Assembly (NCBI GenBank): GCA_963718615.1
Contig: OY970368.1
Span: 6,031,824-6,095,823 of the forward strand
From: an uncultured cyanobacterium
GTDB taxonomy: Bacteria; Cyanobacteriota; Cyanobacteriia; PCC-9006; JAAUQQ01
Direction of reading: 5' to 3'
DNA length: 64,000 nucleotides
Shown: positions 60,316-64,000 of the stretch, piece by piece
Position numbering within the stretch: the stretch's first letter is position 1
Layout of the letters: every line of letters starts with the position of its first letter
The notes under the pieces: model-generated
Told to the model about the DNA's origin: nothing
The model's database searches: none
The model's input: only the letters and a program-made list of their open reading frames with translations
Position numbers and translations under genes: made by a program

Positions 60316-61373
60316 GGAATGGGATTTTGCGGGTGGAGATTGATTTAGAAACGGGGGATTTAATTAGCGTTTTTTCTGAAATTCTCGATCGCGAACTGCT
60401 CAGTGCTCCTGGCAACCAGCTCCAAGCCTTCCGCGACCAGGGCCAATATTGGGATGCCTGGAACATTGACCCAGATTACGCCAATCATCCCTTAGCTGGC
60501 AGCGAATTAATCAGCATTGAACCTATTGAACAGGGACCTCTCGAATGGCGTACACAGGTCATCCGTCGCATCAGCAACTCCATCTGCAAACACGACTATA
60601 TCCTGCACAAAAATTCAGACACACTGGTGATCGAAACTGAAATTGACTGGCAAGCGGATCAGGTGCTGCTCAAAACTGCATTTCCGCTAGCCCTAGAAGC
60701 CAGCAACGCTACCTACGAAACGCCCTGCGGTACGATTTGCCGGACCACTAAACCCCAAACTGATGCGGAGAGGGCTCAGTGGGAAGTCCCCGCCCTGCGC
60801 TGGGCCAATTTAACCGATGATTCTGGCGCATGGGGGGTGAGTTTGCTCAATGATTGTAAGTATGGCTATGACGCTCAGCCCCATCAACTGCGGTTGACCC
60901 TGTTGCGATCGAGCAATTGGCCCGAAGTGGGGTGCGATCGCGGCCTGCAAAAAATGACCTACGCCCTCCACGCGCACAGCGGTACCGTCAACCATAGTCA
61001 AACCGTCGAGCGGGGCTACGAATTACAAATACCCTTACAAATCCATGTCCCATCATCTGTTGCTGAGGCAAGAACACTCTCCAGCCAAGGCACTTTGCTC
61101 AATCTCGGCTCCAATAGCCTTGTTTTATCTGCGCTGAAACAATCGGAAGATCATCCTAATCAATGGATTGCCCGATGTTATGAAGCCAAAGGACAAGCCG
61201 TAACGCTCAGGTTGTCCAGCGATTTGGGGATACAAGCCCAAGAACAACGAGACGGCCTGGAGGAGAAGATGGCGGACGAGAACGCGATCGCTCGATTCGC
61301 TCCTGAGGTTTCCCCATGGGAGATTCTCACGTTTAGTTGGGAAAACTACTTTCAGAGAAAAAACTGCTCCTAA
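60279..61373 (+). CDS. GH38 alpha-mannosidase, C-terminal part (different frame)
   Basis: LRVEID, WDAWNID, LLKTAFP, WEVPA, LLNDCKYG and LRLTLLR motifs. An ATG at 60279 overlaps the upstream TGA. Confidence 0.8.
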   Translation: MDWSRTNGGLSLRNGILRVEIDLETGDLISVFSEILDRELLSAPGNQLQAFRDQGQYWDAWNIDPDYANHPLAGSELISIEPIEQGPLEWRTQVIRRISNSICKHDYILHKNSDTLVIETEIDWQADQVLLKTAFPLALEASNATYETPCGTICRTTKPQTDAERAQWEVPALRWANLTDDSGAWGVSLLNDCKYGYDAQPHQLRLTLLRSSNWPEVGCDRGLQKMTYALHAHSGTVNHSQTVERGYELQIPLQIHVPSSVAEARTLSSQGTLLNLGSNSLVLSALKQSEDHPNQWIARCYEAKGQAVTLRLSSDLGIQAQEQRDGLEEKMADENAIARFAPEVSPWEILTFSWENYFQRKNCS

Positions 61374-62308
61374 CCTTAGCTGTGTTAACTCCATTTGGAT
61401 ATGAAGGCTATCTACAAAGGCCAATAGTTCCACGCTACTTGCGCGAAAAGTTCGGGACAGCGAATGTTTATAAACGCGAGGCCCGCTCCATCCTCACGCC
61501 AGCCTCCGGTTTTATCAGAGGCTATGACTTTACGCTGAATCCTTATCGTGGCTGCCAGTACGGCTGTAGCTACTGCTATGCCATGGCTTTTAGTCCCAAT
61601 CAGGCAATGCGTCAAAACTGGGGAGACTGGGTAATTCTCAAACAAAATGCTGAAGCTTGTTTGCGTCAAGATCTCACACGCTGGTATAAGCTTCATGCCA
61701 ATCGTCCCCCCTGCATTTATATGAGCACTGTGACGGATCCCTATCAACCGATTGAAACCCGAAGCCAAATCACGCGATCGCTTCTCTTCACCATGTTGGA
61801 ATTTACCCCAACACCTACGCTAGTGATCCAAACTCGCAGTCCAATGGTGATCAGAGATGTAGATCTCTTTCAACGATTCGAGCGTCTGCGGCTAAATATG
61901 AGTATTCCGACAGGATGCGAGCAAGTTCGCCGCGACTTTGAATCGCGATCGCCGAGTATTCAATCCCGCTTAGCGGCTGTTCGCAAAATCCGTAGCACTA
62001 TTGACCCCAGCAAAGGCTTTTTACCGAAGTTTAGCATTACTATTACACCCACACTTCCGACTCCAATAGAACAACAGTCACAGTTTATTGAACGGCTTAG
62101 GATAGCTGACCGCATTGAAATTCAGCCTTTTCACGCGACTCGTCATCAACCGCTTATTGCCAGCACCCCTCAGGCTGCGATCGCGCTGAAACAAAAATAT
62201 CGCTGGTGGTATGACACTGAAGTTGAACACTATCAGCAATTCAAAGAGGCATTAATCAGAGATCTACTCGATGTGCAAGAAGGGAAGGAGGGGTTTTCAT
62301 ATGATTGA
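61337..62308 (+). CDS. Radical SAM protein (SPL/Rv2578c-like)
   Basis: LNPYRGCQYGCSYCYA (CxxxCxxC), TDPYQP and QTRSP motifs. Start uncertain. Confidence 0.85.
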   Translation: MGKLLSEKKLLLTLAVLTPFGYEGYLQRPIVPRYLREKFGTANVYKREARSILTPASGFIRGYDFTLNPYRGCQYGCSYCYAMAFSPNQAMRQNWGDWVILKQNAEACLRQDLTRWYKLHANRPPCIYMSTVTDPYQPIETRSQITRSLLFTMLEFTPTPTLVIQTRSPMVIRDVDLFQRFERLRLNMSIPTGCEQVRRDFESRSPSIQSRLAAVRKIRSTIDPSKGFLPKFSITITPTLPTPIEQQSQFIERLRIADRIEIQPFHATRHQPLIASTPQAAIALKQKYRWWYDTEVEHYQQFKEALIRDLLDVQEGKEGFSYD

Positions 62309-63679
62309 GAAGTTTGTTCAAGAGATTATGACTCGATGGGGATATTGGTTACGAGGCCTGCAGCGCTCGTATCAAATTCGCACTTGGCTCAAACAAGGCG
62401 ATCGCCATCATGCTGCAAAAGTACTAAAACAACAGCAGGAAACAGGCTGGTCTCTTTCTGCTCTAGAAAAAACGTTTGCGGCTCAACTTCGAGCTGAGCG
62501 ATTGCTGCAAGATACTCAAAGGGAGCTGCGTGTCTTCAAACGCCAGTCCTCGACTCATAGCTTACCTACTCGTGAGCTAGAGCCTAATGCCATAGCGATG
62601 GCAAATATTACCCAGCAACTCAAACTCGTTCAGATTGATGAGACCACTATCCAAGTCACAGGATTAGTTGAAGAGGTCTTTCATCCCCTCGAAGAAACGA
62701 TTGCTGTCTATATCAAAGAAGAATTTGCAAGAATTCCTAAAAGACAACTAAAATTATTAATCCGATGCGCATTAATGATCTAAGCAATCTCAAAAGAGGT
62801 GTCGATCCAGAATACAAGTTTGATTTAACTCCCCATGTTTATTTATTGCGCTACTTTCCAGACAATGTGTATTGCGCCTATCTAGCATGGTTCTTAACCT
62901 ATCAAGCCGGATTACTTAAGACTAATCCCAAAATACTTGACATTGCCGCAGGACCTGGAACAATCGTATTTGGTCTATCTCTTCTGTTACAAACCTTAGA
63001 GCTATCACAGCAGTCACACATTGTCTATCATTCTCTCGAAAAACAGTCTTCATTTCAATATGAAAGTCTTAAGGTCTGGCAAAAATATCAGCAGAATCGA
63101 CAAAGCTCTCATCTTTTTTCACAACTACAATCTGCTGACTTTATCCAAGATTCAAACTTTATAAAAAATATTCCTGACCGATTTTTTGATTACATCGTAA
63201 TTTCTCACTGTTTCTTGTTTGACGCCAGGAATCGTCATGAATCCTACCAAATTTACAAGAATATCTTTGAACATAAGTTATCAGAGAATGGAGTGATTAT
63301 CCTAATTGTTCAAGGACGAAAACTATTCAAAGCCTATGAAAGTAGTCTCAGAGAAGACCAAATTCAAGAAAAACGAATTTTAGAAAAATTTATGATGGAT
63401 ATAGGACTAAACGCAGTGTTCTATCAGTATGCGACATCAACAGGGCAACGACAATATATGAAAGATTTTAGCGATTACAGTCGTCGCCATTGTCCTCCAA
63501 GACTTCACCTCAATGCATTGGCACGTCAGTACCTACAACTGAATTATGACTCATATTATTCTCTAGACGACTATATTATTTTGTGTCAACCTCAACGAAA
63601 TGCGTCTTACAAGTCTAATCATCCAACTGAGGCTGTTGTACCTCAACGCACCGATAAACAACGGGTGTACCGATGCTAA
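62301..63679 (+). pseudogene. SAM-methyltransferase-domain gene apparently split by a frameshift near 62770 (ORFs 62271..62783 and 62765..63679)
   Basis: Two overlapping ORFs one frame apart; KILDIAAGPGT motif in the second; ATG 62301 overlaps the radical SAM stop. Could be a sequencing indel or two separate genes. Confidence 0.5.
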
Positions 63680-64000
63680 AGCCATCCAAGTCGCTGTTCT
63701 TGGGTTGCCATTGCAATAATCTCTGTCAGGGGTTGTGCAACGAGCCTATCGCGATGGGCTGCCTGCGGATGCGAATCTAACTTGGCCATAGACGAAAGAC
63801 GCTGAAGGGTTCGCAATACCTGATGGCTTTAGAATGGATGCGGCGATCGCTCCAACCCGGACCAGTCATCTACTATCAGCAAGCAGAGACTGACCCCAAG
63901 ATAAATTTTTAACAACTTTCCGGAAACTTTTGCTGGCCAAAGTGAATCCTATGAGAATAGGAGTTTAAATCTTCGTCCCATAGAGATACGGTCCATAGAG

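Noticed and set aside
63676-64000. Possible minus-strand gene end at the window edge
   Set aside because: The frame is interrupted by a stop and has no recognisable motif; cannot be supported without flanking sequence.

Overview
Cyanobacterial chromosomal DNA: HIP1 octamer GCGATCGC throughout, plus psbI, cmpR-like, inrS-like, gltB/gltD and an SLH porin. Most of the window is housekeeping and accessory genes. The first 5.2 kb is the standout. It holds the end of a vWA gene and two FGE-sulfatase/C-type-lectin-fold genes whose 3' ends carry the signature of diversity-generating retroelement (DGR) variable repeats: changes mostly at codon positions 1-2 of NNC/NNT codons, a shared identical 70-nt 3' tail and a GNA-triloop hairpin. 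No reverse transcriptase, Avd or template repeat is present in the window. Between the two targets lies a REP-associated HUH tyrosine transposase (RAYT) with three REPINs, two of which enclose tandem arrays (26 bp x ~20 and 48 bp x ~3.6). Other notable items: an S8 protease with a divergently encoded stand-alone copy of its own prodomain; a small predicted secreted peptide gene preceded by an NtcA-type palindrome and a three-way-junction leader; tandem Ser/Thr kinases with near-identical kinase domains but divergent C-termini; a GH38 mannosidase split inside a REPIN; and an unusual methyltransferase/pterin dehydratase/sugar kinase/DOMON/GMC operon. All calls come from reading sequence and motifs only; no searches were run.
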